Shown here in pieces: positions 1 to 9,164 of a DNA stretch of 36,272 nucleotides (the stretch's first letter is position 1; every line of letters starts with the position of its first letter). This DNA is from Nitrospiria bacterium (GTDB lineage Bacteria; Nitrospirota; Nitrospiria; SBBL01; JAADHI01), in contig JBHHWW010000002.1 of assembly GCA_046756725.1 (NCBI GenBank), positions 1 to 36,272 on the forward strand, given 5' to 3'. Made by a program: the position numbers and the translations under genes. Under the pieces are notes generated by a model that saw only the letters and a program-made list of their open reading frames with translations, was not told the origin of the DNA and made no database searches.

Positions 1-1
1 G

Positions 2-208
2 GACAAGGTCCACATAGTCCATACCCTTTTGGATGATTTTGAGCGGGATACCAAGATGTTCTGCAACCCCTTCAACATCTTCCTTGCAGCCAAAAGGGCT
101 GTCTAAAAAAAGACCGGTTACCTCAATCCCCTGATCGATGATCAGCTTGGTCGCAAGCGCGCTGTCAAGACCTCCCGACATCAAAGAAATTGCCTTTATT
201 TTCGCCAT
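2..208 (-). CDS. PP-loop tRNA sulfurtransferase (ThiI/MnmA-like), N-terminal part; runs off the left edge
   Basis: Not in ORF track. Manual translation MAKIKAISLMSGGLDSALATKLIIDQGIEVTGLFLDSPFGC... contains the SGGLDS PP-loop; GGAGGA SD upstream; frame open to window edge. Confidence 0.8.
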   Translation of the reverse strand, partial: MAKIKAISLMSGGLDSALATKLIIDQGIEVTGLFLDSPFGCKEDVEGVAEHLGIPLKIIQKGMDYVDLV

Positions 209-238
209 ACTCAGTCCTCCATTCTGCACTTAAACGGC

Positions 239-267
239 ATATTATCAACCGGAAATAGGTGTGTCAA
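239..267 (-). promoter_or_regulatory. sigma70-type promoter for the PP-loop gene
   Basis: Minus strand TTGACA-N17-TAATAT with TG extended -10. Confidence 0.55.
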
Positions 268-300
268 CGAACATAAATAGAACGGGAAGAATGGTTTTCA

Positions 301-329
301 TTGAAACTGCTATATTTAATTGTTATATT
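301..329 (+). promoter_or_regulatory. sigma70-type promoter for typA
   Basis: TTGAAA-N17-TATATT with TGn extended -10. Confidence 0.55.
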
Positions 330-450
330 GGTGGGTCGTTCATCTCGTTTACCTTATCCTTTTCCAACCCCCTGAATTAAGATTGGATTTTGAAAGGGAA
401 CACAATGTCTCCCAAATTGGGGGATTAAATCTATTTATGTTTGAGGAGCC

Positions 451-2295
451 ATGACAAAAGAAAATAATGATCAGCTGAGAAAAGATATTCGGAACATTGC
501 CATCGTCGCCCACGTCGATCATGGGAAAACAACCCTGGTCGATAAAATGTTGCGCCAGGGAGGGGCCTTTCACGCACACGAGGGCGTTGTGGAAAGAGTG
601 ATGGATTCGAACGACCTGGAACGCGAGCGCGGCATCACCATTCTTGCGAAAAACACGTCGATTCACTATCGGGATTACAAGATCAACATTGTAGACACCC
701 CGGGACATGCTGACTTTTCCGGCGAAGTGGAAAGAACGCTTAAAATGGTGGATGGCGTGCTTCTTCTGGTGGATGCCTTTGAGGGGGCCATGCCTCAGAC
801 AAAATTTGTCCTGAAAAAAGCGCTCGATCTACACCTCAACCCCATTGTGGTCATCAATAAAATTGACCGGCCCGGCGCAGATCCCGAAAAAGTCGCAGAC
901 CAGATCATTGATCTTTTTCTCGAACTGGACGAAGAAGGGACACAACTCGATTTCCCGATTATTTATGCCTCCGCGAAAAGCGGCTTTGCCAAACTGGCAC
1001 TTAAAGATGAAGAAACCGACCTGGTGCCACTTTTTGAAACAATTCTCTCAAAAGTCACTCCTCCTTCCGGAGATGAAGAAGCCTCTTTCCAAATGCTTGT
1101 TTCATCACTGGATTATGACAAATTTGTCGGGCGAACCGCATTGGGAAGAATCAGTCATGGAAAAGTCACCATCGGGATGCTGATTGCTTTGGTTCAAAAG
1201 GATGGGAGCGTCATCAAGGGAAAAGCGACACGCCTCATCGGATATGAAGGACTGAAAAAAGTCGATATCAAAGAAGCCAAGGTGGGAGAAATTATCGGAA
1301 TTTCCGGATTCGAGATGGCCCAGATCGGAGAAACGCTTGCAGATCCCGAAACACCGCTTGCACTCCCGACCATCTCCATCGGCGAACCCACCATTTCAAT
1401 CAATTTCATGGTCAATACCTCTCCATTTGCCGGCAGGGAAGGCGATTTTGTCACCAGTCGCCAGCTCAGAGATCGTCTCTTCAAGGAACTTTTATCGAAT
1501 GTTGCCCTGAAAGTGGAAGAAACGGACAGTACAGATGTTTTTACTGTTTCAGGCCGTGGAGAGTTGCATCTTTCCATTCTGATCGAAACCATGCGACGAG
1601 AGGGTTATGAGTTTGCCGTTTCCCGACCGAGCGTTATTTATAAAATCATTGACGGCAAAAAAAACGAGCCTATCGAACACTTGACCGTTGATGTCGAAGA
1701 CGCCTACATCGGACCGGTGATGGAGGCATTGGGACGCCGCCGCGGAGAAGTTCAGAATATGGGAAATTCTCATAGCGGCAATACCCGACTTGAATTTGAA
1801 ATTCCATCGCGGGGTCTCATCGGCTTTCGCTCAGACTTCCTGACGATGTCACGCGGCACCGGCATCATGAATTACACTTTCTCATGCTATAAACCTCATA
1901 AAGGAGAGATTCCAGCGCGAATAAAAGGGGCCTTGATTTCAATGGGCACAGGAGATGCCATCACCTTTTCTCTGCACAGTATTCAGGAAAGAGGGACGCT
2001 TTTTATCGAATCGGGTGAAAAAGTCTACGAAGGCATGGTCATTGGGGCACATTCCCGGAGCAATGATCTCGTGGTCAATGCCTGCAAAAAGAAACACTTG
2101 ACGAATATGCGGTCATCCGGCGCAGATGATGCTCTAACCCTGACCCCCGCGAAGAAAATGAGCCTGGAAGAGGCGATCGCTTTTATCGCGGATGATGAGT
2201 TATTGGAGATCACCCCGAAATCAATTCGATTCAGAAAAAAATTTCTGAGCGAAAATGACCGGAAAAGAGCCTCAAAGAAAAAAATAGCCGTTTAA
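451..2295 (+). CDS. typA: Translational GTPase TypA/BipA
   Basis: [59 protein letters not shown] and BipA C-terminal [10 protein letters not shown]; 614 aa. Confidence 0.97.
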   Translation: MTKENNDQLRKDIRNIAIVAHVDHGKTTLVDKMLRQGGAFHAHEGVVERVMDSNDLERERGITILAKNTSIHYRDYKINIVDTPGHADFSGEVERTLKMVDGVLLLVDAFEGAMPQTKFVLKKALDLHLNPIVVINKIDRPGADPEKVADQIIDLFLELDEEGTQLDFPIIYASAKSGFAKLALKDEETDLVPLFETILSKVTPPSGDEEASFQMLVSSLDYDKFVGRTALGRISHGKVTIGMLIALVQKDGSVIKGKATRLIGYEGLKKVDIKEAKVGEIIGISGFEMAQIGETLADPETPLALPTISIGEPTISINFMVNTSPFAGREGDFVTSRQLRDRLFKELLSNVALKVEETDSTDVFTVSGRGELHLSILIETMRREGYEFAVSRPSVIYKIIDGKKNEPIEHLTVDVEDAYIGPVMEALGRRRGEVQNMGNSHSGNTRLEFEIPSRGLIGFRSDFLTMSRGTGIMNYTFSCYKPHKGEIPARIKGALISMGTGDAITFSLHSIQERGTLFIESGEKVYEGMVIGAHSRSNDLVVNACKKKHLTNMRSSGADDALTLTPAKKMSLEEAIAFIADDELLEITPKSIRFRKKFLSENDRKRASKKKIAV

Positions 2296-2322
2296 AACCG
2301 GTTAAATAGAGTGTTTCGATTG

Positions 2323-2354
2323 AAACCTCCATTGCTTGCAATGGAGGTTTTTTT
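2323..2354 (+). terminator. Rho-independent terminator of typA
   Basis: AAACCTCCATTGC-TT-GCAATGGAGGTTT followed by a T run. Confidence 0.85.
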
Positions 2355-2392
2355 GTTTCAAACCTGATCATTCCACCCTAAATTCCGATCTA

Positions 2393-2430
2393 ATCAGGTC
2401 GTTTGACAACAGCCTGATCTCTGGTAGCTT
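2393..2430 (+). promoter_or_regulatory. sigma70-type promoter of the 853-aa lipoprotein, with a palindromic operator candidate over the -35
   Basis: TTGACA (2403-2408)-N16-TAGCTT with TG; inverted repeat ATCAGG-tc-GTT-tgac-AAC-ag-CCTGAT (2393-2418). Confidence 0.5.
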
Positions 2431-2499
2431 TAATTTCAGAAATAGAAAACCGAACAATAATCAATCCCGTTTAATCACTGGTGAGAAGGAGCAATTTCA

Positions 2500-5061
2500 A
2501 TGAATAAGGTCTTAAATTATTTTCCAATGTTTGTCATTTTACTTTTAACAGCATGTAGTGGCGGCGGTTCTGGAACCACAACCACGACGACTTCTAACAC
2601 ACCACCAAGCACCAATTTCAGCCTGCCCACAAAGGTTTCTCCAGTGTCTACAAGTTCCGCAACCGGAACGAATAAAGTGGGGCTCCGTTCCAAACTCTTC
2701 GCTCTGCGTACCGCTGCAACAGACCCAGGAACAGATTACAGCAATGCAGAAAAAGTTACCTATGTGGATGAACATGCTTTGGACCAGTTTAAAATTATTG
2801 GTCAAGTCCTCAATGCCCTGGCGCAGACCCACTACAATGATGACGCAGTGAGCGGCAATGGCCCCTATAAAGCCATGGTTGCCTGGCAGGATGAGGAAGG
2901 CGGGGTCAAGAGGAAAACCCTGGAACCCTGGATAGTCGATTCAAAGATCGTTGAAGAAGATGGAACAACCCCGCGACATCGACTTGTACAAGCCTGGATT
3001 GATGAAGGAGGGCAGGTCATCAAGGCGGCGTTTCAAATTTTTTCTCCTGCCTCAAAAAATACAGACGGTTCCTACCTTCACTTTGGCACATGGAAAATAA
3101 ACGTAAAATTCGATGCAACGGGAACGTCCTTTTTTGCAGCAGAAGCAACCCTTGGAACAAATGGCGAATCCATTATCAAAATTCATGAAAATTTTGATGA
3201 AGGTGCTGGATTCGTACATGAAACCCGGGCCATTCTGCATAAAACAGCGACGGGTGGATTTGGACAGGTCTCCTATCCGAACTGGGATGCCTGCACAACA
3301 ACAAACTGCACACCGACGATAGTCACCACAAAATATACCTACGATGCAAACCATATTGCTGTGAAGGTTGGTTTGAATCCCACACAATTTAAAGACCGAA
3401 ATTCAGTGGTAGAGATGATCCATCTCTATGGCCTTTATGACAGCCTGACAGGCGCAGATATTTTAAAGGAAAAAAACTTCGGCTTTCCAGTGGAATACCC
3501 CGATCCAATAGATCCAACAATAACGCGTTATGCCTATTATGGTGCCTGGCAAGGGCGGCATGAACTTTGGGCCGATGCCGGACCGGTCCCCGTCGGGACC
3601 GTGGTGACGCGCGCAGATTTCCTCTCTGGCCAAACTGCACCGACTTATAAAGTCGCCCCCCAGATTCGTGGAACCTTGTCCAAAAGAAGTATCTCCCAAG
3701 TCAGCCTGGACGATTTAAAAGGGATTCCATTTGAGGTCTGGACCAATCAATCCTTTTTGATTCAATGGGACACGACAACATCAGCATGGCAAGATTGCGT
3801 GGATCCTGTTTTCAATGCTGGAGCACCGGCAACATGCCCCACGGCACCCTTCGATCATTTTGTTGATCTCGTGATGCTCCCAGGAGACTACCGAAGATTT
3901 GTCAGCATCCATCGCGAAGGGGATCCGAATGATTATATATATGATCCAACCCCAGGCTCAGAGGGCTTTTATCCGGCAACTTTCGACCAAAATGGCACCC
4001 TGGTTGCCACACCCGGTGCGTCGGCGTTGGTTCCAGGACCTCAGGAAGAACTCTGGATTGATATCAGCGGATCGATCTTTGTTCAGAAAGTCGATCTGAC
4101 AATATCCAATACCGGCTGGGTCATAAAACAGGTCGCTTCATTTGATCAAAGAACACACCAACCGATTTTTAAAGATGCAGCATTATTCGACAAAAAATGG
4201 CCTCCGGACCCTGGTCGGGAATATTACATCAACAACAATGGCGACATTTATATCCTGAAGCGCACCAAGGGACTAAATGGGGCTCCTGACATTGACGAAG
4301 TCTGGATCGAAACACAGACCGTGGCCAACCCGACGAATGCCGCAACACTGGCTGCGGCAAATACGATCTTCAAACATCAGTTCGAGCCACTCGGAGTCGG
4401 GACGACCTCCACCTATCAATTCATCACAGATCCAACCCATACAAACTATTTGAAACTGGTTTATCTCACCGTTGGGACAGAGGATCTGAATCTTGGTGTC
4501 TTAGTCGGAGATGTCGTGACCGAGGGGTTATGGGGACTTCGTGCCTTTGTAGGTGGTATTGACAGCGGAGATGAATTCAATTGGGATTATCCGCCCGATG
4601 GCGAAAACTGGGGACTCATCACCTATCTTCAGACGAATGATGCAAATATGGATTATGTCCTCATCGATGATCCTATTCGCTTCAGTTCCGTTGGGCTTAC
4701 CACCCGCGGAGGATCAGCTCGCACACTCAACCTTCAGTACGATGGGTGGATGCATGGCTTACCGGATCTCTTTGATGATCTGATGAGAAACAATTTTGTC
4801 TTTGACACATTTCTCTCTAATAAGATCATTAATATTCCGGATGGAACAACACTGACAGATGCTTCCAGTGGAAGAACTTACATCACGAAACAGTTGGAAG
4901 TCAGTCAATTCTTACAGCCTCTGACCGGGACCAGTACACTCGACATCACTGTCGCAGATGCTCTGAACCTCAATTCTGTGCCTGATTTTGTAGCCCACGG
5001 CATGGGAGGGATACCCGTCGTCACCGGCGTGAAATATTCCGAGGGAATTCTCGTCCAATAA
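2500..5061 (+). CDS. Large lipoprotein of unknown function (853 aa)
   Basis: Long ORF with AAGGAG SD, lipobox LLTA-C19, Gly/Ser/Thr linker, then a Thr/Gly/Asp/aromatic-rich body; no recognised catalytic motif. Confidence 0.85.
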   Translation: MNKVLNYFPMFVILLLTACSGGGSGTTTTTTSNTPPSTNFSLPTKVSPVSTSSATGTNKVGLRSKLFALRTAATDPGTDYSNAEKVTYVDEHALDQFKIIGQVLNALAQTHYNDDAVSGNGPYKAMVAWQDEEGGVKRKTLEPWIVDSKIVEEDGTTPRHRLVQAWIDEGGQVIKAAFQIFSPASKNTDGSYLHFGTWKINVKFDATGTSFFAAEATLGTNGESIIKIHENFDEGAGFVHETRAILHKTATGGFGQVSYPNWDACTTTNCTPTIVTTKYTYDANHIAVKVGLNPTQFKDRNSVVEMIHLYGLYDSLTGADILKEKNFGFPVEYPDPIDPTITRYAYYGAWQGRHELWADAGPVPVGTVVTRADFLSGQTAPTYKVAPQIRGTLSKRSISQVSLDDLKGIPFEVWTNQSFLIQWDTTTSAWQDCVDPVFNAGAPATCPTAPFDHFVDLVMLPGDYRRFVSIHREGDPNDYIYDPTPGSEGFYPATFDQNGTLVATPGASALVPGPQEELWIDISGSIFVQKVDLTISNTGWVIKQVASFDQRTHQPIFKDAALFDKKWPPDPGREYYINNNGDIYILKRTKGLNGAPDIDEVWIETQTVANPTNAATLAAANTIFKHQFEPLGVGTTSTYQFITDPTHTNYLKLVYLTVGTEDLNLGVLVGDVVTEGLWGLRAFVGGIDSGDEFNWDYPPDGENWGLITYLQTNDANMDYVLIDDPIRFSSVGLTTRGGSARTLNLQYDGWMHGLPDLFDDLMRNNFVFDTFLSNKIINIPDGTTLTDASSGRTYITKQLEVSQFLQPLTGTSTLDITVADALNLNSVPDFVAHGMGGIPVVTGVKYSEGILVQ

Positions 5062-5080
5062 AAAAATCACCATCAGCAAT

Positions 5081-5115
5081 AAAAAAAGGGGTGCGAACCA
5101 TGCACCCCTTTTTTT
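5081..5115. terminator. Bidirectional-type Rho-independent terminator
   Basis: AAAAAAAGGGGTGC-gaaccat-GCACCCCTTTTTTT. Confidence 0.85.
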
Positions 5116-5174
5116 GTCATCACTTTGCCCTCCCCGTACTCCTCTGCTATGCTCATCCTGCAAGGAGTACAGTC

Positions 5175-5957
5175 ATGGACCCGCTCAAAATTCATTTTCT
5201 CGATATCGGGTATGGCGATGCGATCGTCATACAACTTCCTGAAGGCGGGACGATTCTCGTTGACGGTGGAAAACCGGAAGACGGACCACTTATTCTAAAC
5301 AAGCTACAACAACTTGGCGTTAAACAACTTACGGCCCTTATCATCACTCACTTCCACAAAGACCATGCCGGAGGATTGCTTCCCATCTTTGATGCTTTCC
5401 TCAACCCAATGACCAAACCGGACCAGGGGGAAATACCAATATGGATTCCCCTCTTTCCCGAAGAAGTCACCTCTGAAGTAAAACCCGTCGTTCAAGCACT
5501 TCAAAAACAATGTTGTCGAATTGTAAAAAGAGGAACATTCCTTCCGATCAGCTCTTCTGTAAAAATAGAAGTCCTTCACCCCACAAAAAAACAGATCGGA
5601 AACAAGAATGATGACTCCCTCGCCATCAAGATCATTCATGGGAAAACCACCCTGCTTCTGGCCGCAGACATCGGACTGGCAGCACAAAGAGAACTACTCA
5701 CGGCTTGTGGAAATCGGCTTCACGCCGATCTCATCAAAATCCCCCACCATGCGAACGAAATAGACATCGACTTTCTGAATGCCGTTGCCCCCTCTATCTC
5801 CATCCTGACCATTGGCCCCAATCCCTACAACGCGCCCAATGCCGAGGTCGTCGCCTGCTATCAAGAAAAAGGGCAACTGTTTCGCACCGACAAGCATGGC
5901 ACTATCTCCGTCACAAGTGATGAAGATGACCTTCAAATCCTGTGTGAACAACATTGA
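5175..5957 (+). CDS. ComEC/Rec2 C-terminal-like metallo-beta-lactamase-fold hydrolase
   Basis: IHFLDIGYGDA, LVDGG, THFHKDH (HxHxDH), NDDS, KIPHH, FRTDKHG. Start moved to ATG 5175 (AAGGAG SD) because the track start lies in the upstream terminator. Confidence 0.85.
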   Translation: MDPLKIHFLDIGYGDAIVIQLPEGGTILVDGGKPEDGPLILNKLQQLGVKQLTALIITHFHKDHAGGLLPIFDAFLNPMTKPDQGEIPIWIPLFPEEVTSEVKPVVQALQKQCCRIVKRGTFLPISSSVKIEVLHPTKKQIGNKNDDSLAIKIIHGKTTLLLAADIGLAAQRELLTACGNRLHADLIKIPHHANEIDIDFLNAVAPSISILTIGPNPYNAPNAEVVACYQEKGQLFRTDKHGTISVTSDEDDLQILCEQH

Positions 5958-5987
5958 ATACCGACAGGAAGCACCACCCGTTCATAC

Positions 5988-6016
5988 TTGACAACATTCC
6001 CTCGCTTTGTTAACTT
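5988..6016 (+). promoter_or_regulatory. sigma70 promoter for tRNA-Phe
   Basis: TTGACA-N17-TAACTT with TGn extension, 10 nt before the tRNA. Confidence 0.7.
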
Positions 6017-6026
6017 CTGCGCCGTT

Positions 6027-6099
6027 GCCGAGATAGCTCAGTCGGTAGAGCAGGGGCCTGAAAAGCCCTGTGTCGGCGGTTCGATTCCGCCTCTCGGCA
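6027..6099 (+). tRNA. tRNA-Phe (GAA); 3' CCA not encoded
   Basis: Cloverleaf: acceptor GCCGAGA/TCTCGGC, D stem GCTC/GAGC, anticodon stem GGGGC/GCCCT with loop CTGAAAA, T arm GGCGG-TTCGATT-CCGCC; discriminator A followed by CTT. Confidence 0.96.
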
Positions 6100-6166
6100 C
6101 TTCAAAAACCGCAAAAACCATGTCTCCTAGGATCTCCTCTTAATCACTCAGGTTGTTAAATGCAAG

Positions 6167-6208
6167 AAAAAGGCTGGCAACCGCCGTCTTTTCCGGAGGT
6201 TGCCGCCT
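6167..6208 (-). terminator. Probable terminator for the minus-strand unit ending at the 55-aa gene
   Basis: Imperfect hairpin AGGC-t-GGCAACC-g-CCG...CGG-a-GGTTGCC-GCCT with an A run on its left (U tail on the minus strand). Confidence 0.55.
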
Positions 6209-6245
6209 GAATGACCCTTTATTGGAGGAATATTCTTTCTCTAGT

Positions 6246-6413
6246 TCACTCCGCTTCTTCTGAATGTTTTTCAACAAACTTCTTTACATCTTCATAATAT
6301 TCCAGGATCAGTTTCGCCTTTTTAAGCCCAAACTGGAAGGGATATCGATCTTCTTCTCCCTGGCTTAAGACAAGCATCGGATTTCCTTTAAATTCTGATT
6401 CTGTTGCTGGCAT
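6246..6413 (-). CDS. Small hypothetical protein, 55 aa (missing from ORF track)
   Basis: MPATESEFKGNPMLVLSQGEEDRYPFQFGLKKAKLILEYYEDVKKFVEKHSEEAE*; strong SD AAGGAGG; fills the gap; terminator follows. Confidence 0.8.
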   Translation of the reverse strand: MPATESEFKGNPMLVLSQGEEDRYPFQFGLKKAKLILEYYEDVKKFVEKHSEEAE

Positions 6414-6448
6414 GACTTTCCTCCTTAAATTAAGTAATGGTTAGAACT

Positions 6449-6916
6449 TTACAATAAAACTTCTTTCTTGGGAGATGATGTCGGAGAACTTATCAGGTAG
6501 GCTCGACAACCCAGAGCAAGGGCAAGCCCGACGGCAATATCAATCGCTCCGTGAATGAGGTGAGGTGTTTCCAAAATTTTAATAATGTACCCAAGCGCCA
6601 TCATCCCTAAAATTAAAAACCAACTCTTTGTATTGAATGTCATGTAAAAAGGGCTCACTTCCGGGAGGGTATTTATCCTGGCAATATTTTTTTTTGCCAA
6701 TTTAGTCAGCACAAAAAACCCTTTTATAAATCCAATTGCCAAACCGATGGCCAGGGCGATGCCCTCTTCAATGCCAGGAGGGGGTTTTACAGCGGTCAGG
6801 GTGCTGAGTGAACGGTTTTCATAGAGAAGGCCCAGACCCTTCACAAAAAGAACCGTCCCAACAATGCCCCACATTGCAAAGGCTATTTTTAAATGTGTTC
6901 CTCGATTCACTTTCAC
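6449..6916 (-). CDS. Uncharacterised membrane protein, about 4 TM
   Basis: Four hydrophobic segments and a basic loop KLAKKNIARI; starts 4 nt after the rlmB stop. Confidence 0.75.
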   Translation of the reverse strand: MKVNRGTHLKIAFAMWGIVGTVLFVKGLGLLYENRSLSTLTAVKPPPGIEEGIALAIGLAIGFIKGFFVLTKLAKKNIARINTLPEVSPFYMTFNTKSWFLILGMMALGYIIKILETPHLIHGAIDIAVGLALALGCRAYLISSPTSSPKKEVLL

Positions 6917-6920
6917 GCGA

Positions 6921-7688
6921 TTATCTTCCTTTCTTCATTTTTATTGAATGACGCTGTCTTAATACTTCGTAAGAGACGATGCCAACTGCGACAGAAACAT
7001 TGAGTGAGGAGACATGGCCGTACATTGGCAATGACACCACCTGGTCACACTGTTCAAGAATTTTCTGGTGAATACCATTCCCTTCTCCGCCAACGACAAT
7101 GGCAACGGAGCCGCTGAAGTCATATTGGTGATAAAGGGTTTCTCCTTCTGCATCCAGGCCTACGATCCAAAATCCGTCCTTCTTGAGCTGATGAATGGTT
7201 GTGCCAAGATTGGCGACCCTTGCAACCGGGAGATGCGACAGCGCCCCGGCCGAAGTTTTTGAAACAACAGACGTCAGACCGGCGGCACGTCGTGTGGGAA
7301 TGATAACCCCGTGTCCCCCCGCCGCATCCACCGTTCGGATGATGGCGCCCAGGTTTCTCGGATCTTCAACACCATCGACCAGAAAAATAAAAGGAGGTTC
7401 AGGCCCGCGTTCTGCCCTTGCAAGCACCTCATCCAGCCCGGAGGCTTTCTCTGAGGACAGCATGGCGACAATCCCCTGATGTTTGGTGGTCCCGGCCATT
7501 TGCGTTAACTGATTCCGCTCCGCAACCACGAGTTTGGTATGGCGTCTCTTTGCCAGCCGACGAATTTCATCAATGTCTTTTCCGTGCCGATCTGCAAGAA
7601 GGTATATTTTGTCCAGGCGCTTTTTTTCGGCTCGTAAAGATTCACTCACCGGATGAACGCCATAAATAAGAGGGCCTCTTCCACTCAT
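6921..7688 (-). CDS. rlmB: 23S rRNA (Gm2251) 2'-O-methyltransferase, TrmH/SPOUT family
   Basis: YGVHPV, HQGIVA, DGVEDPRNLGAIIRT, GGEGNG, SLNVSVA; overlaps the cysS stop (ATGA); classic cysS-rlmB synteny. Confidence 0.93.
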   Translation of the reverse strand: MSGRGPLIYGVHPVSESLRAEKKRLDKIYLLADRHGKDIDEIRRLAKRRHTKLVVAERNQLTQMAGTTKHQGIVAMLSSEKASGLDEVLARAERGPEPPFIFLVDGVEDPRNLGAIIRTVDAAGGHGVIIPTRRAAGLTSVVSKTSAGALSHLPVARVANLGTTIHQLKKDGFWIVGLDAEGETLYHQYDFSGSVAIVVGGEGNGIHQKILEQCDQVVSLPMYGHVSSLNVSVAVGIVSYEVLRQRHSIKMKKGR

Positions 7689-9139
7689 CGTTTGATCCTT
7701 GTTGTTCCGTCCGGTCTATCTTCAATGACAATGCCTGCATCTGCCAACTGTAAGCGAATTGCATCCGAACGCACCCAGTTTTTTTCTTTTCGCGCCAATT
7801 CTCGTTCACGAATCAGATTTTGAACTTTATCCTCATCTGCATTTTCGGACAATATCTCGTGCCAGGTACGCACTCGTGCACCGGCTTTAAAATGCCATTT
7901 CGATACACCGAAAAGACCAAGAACGCTTCCAAGCTCCTTTAAGAGAGAACATGCTTGCAAGACCCAATTTTTTTCTTCTGTCCCCAGACGGCGGTTCATC
8001 TCCAGACGCAGGGATTGGAGGATGCTGATGGCTTTTGCTGAATTAAAGTCATCATCCATAGCCGTCTCAAAATCTGTTCGAAATGTACTGAGATCGAGAT
8101 CTTCTCCCGTCCGGACGTCTCGAAAATCGGTTGAAATTTCATCAACTTTTTGGAAAAGAGTGTAGAAATTGTCAAGACCACTTTTTGCGACATTTAAACT
8201 TTGATCGGAAAAATCAATGGGAGAACGATAGTGGGTCGATAGCAAGTAATATCGAATCACTTCTGAGGTCACCGCCTCGGGAAACTGAGACCACTTTTCA
8301 AAAATTTCATGCACGGTAAAAAAGTTGCCCAGAGACTTTGACATTTTTTCCTGATCGATGGTGACAAACCCATGATGAATCCAGCAGCCGACATACTGTT
8401 TTCCGGTACTCCCCTCTGACTGAGCAATCTCATTTTCATGATGCGGAAAAATAAGGTCTTCCCCCCCCCCATGGAGATCAAATGTCTCCCCGAGATGCTG
8501 AATCGCCATCGCGGAACATTCGATATGCCAACCGGGTCGTCCCATTCCCCAGGGGCTTTCCCAAGCAGGCTCACCCGGGTTTGAACCCTTCCAAAGCGCA
8601 AAATCAAGCGGGTCCTTTTTTCTGACATTAACCGCAACCCTTGATCCGGGCACCATTTCATCCAGGTTACGCTTTGAGAGCTTTCCATAAGCCGGAAATG
8701 TTTTGACCTCAAAGTAGACGTCTCTGTCCACTTCATAAGCCAGTTCCTTTTTGATGAGTCCGTCAATCAAGTCAATGATGTTAGACATATGTTCGGTCGC
8801 TCTGGGTGCCTTTGTTGGAGGCTGCACCCCCAATCTCGCCATGTCGTGTTCATAAGCGACAATATATTTGTCAGAAATATCTTTCCAGTCTTTCCCTTCT
8901 TCATTCGCACGCTTGATGATTTTATCATCAATATCGGTATAGTTTTTTACATATGTGACATTCAGCCCTTTGTATTCAAGATAATGCCTAACGACATCAA
9001 AAATGATGGAAGACCGGGCATGGCCGAGATGGCAATGATCATAGACCGTCACGCCACAAACATAGAGAGACGCTTTTCCGGGAACGCGCGGCGCCCAGTT
9101 TTCTTTCTTTCCTGTGTATGAGTTGGTAATTTTTATCAC
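7685..9139 (-). CDS. cysS: Cysteine--tRNA ligase
   Basis: YVCGVTVY, HLGH (HIGH-like), GRPGWHIECS, HGGGEDLIFPHHENE, KMSKS. Confidence 0.97.
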   Translation of the reverse strand: MIKITNSYTGKKENWAPRVPGKASLYVCGVTVYDHCHLGHARSSIIFDVVRHYLEYKGLNVTYVKNYTDIDDKIIKRANEEGKDWKDISDKYIVAYEHDMARLGVQPPTKAPRATEHMSNIIDLIDGLIKKELAYEVDRDVYFEVKTFPAYGKLSKRNLDEMVPGSRVAVNVRKKDPLDFALWKGSNPGEPAWESPWGMGRPGWHIECSAMAIQHLGETFDLHGGGEDLIFPHHENEIAQSEGSTGKQYVGCWIHHGFVTIDQEKMSKSLGNFFTVHEIFEKWSQFPEAVTSEVIRYYLLSTHYRSPIDFSDQSLNVAKSGLDNFYTLFQKVDEISTDFRDVRTGEDLDLSTFRTDFETAMDDDFNSAKAISILQSLRLEMNRRLGTEEKNWVLQACSLLKELGSVLGLFGVSKWHFKAGARVRTWHEILSENADEDKVQNLIRERELARKEKNWVRSDAIRLQLADAGIVIEDRPDGTTRIKR

Positions 9140-9164
9140 GATGAAACCGACCGCTTGAGGTCCA

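Noticed and set aside
6027-6250. tRNA-Phe as an integration site for a genomic island
   Set aside because: No integrase nearby, I saw no duplicated tRNA 3' end, and the flanking genes are mostly housekeeping.
8461-8470. C10 homopolymer (G10 on the coding strand) in cysS as a phase-variation tract
   Set aside because: It encodes the conserved HGGGxD motif in frame in an essential gene.
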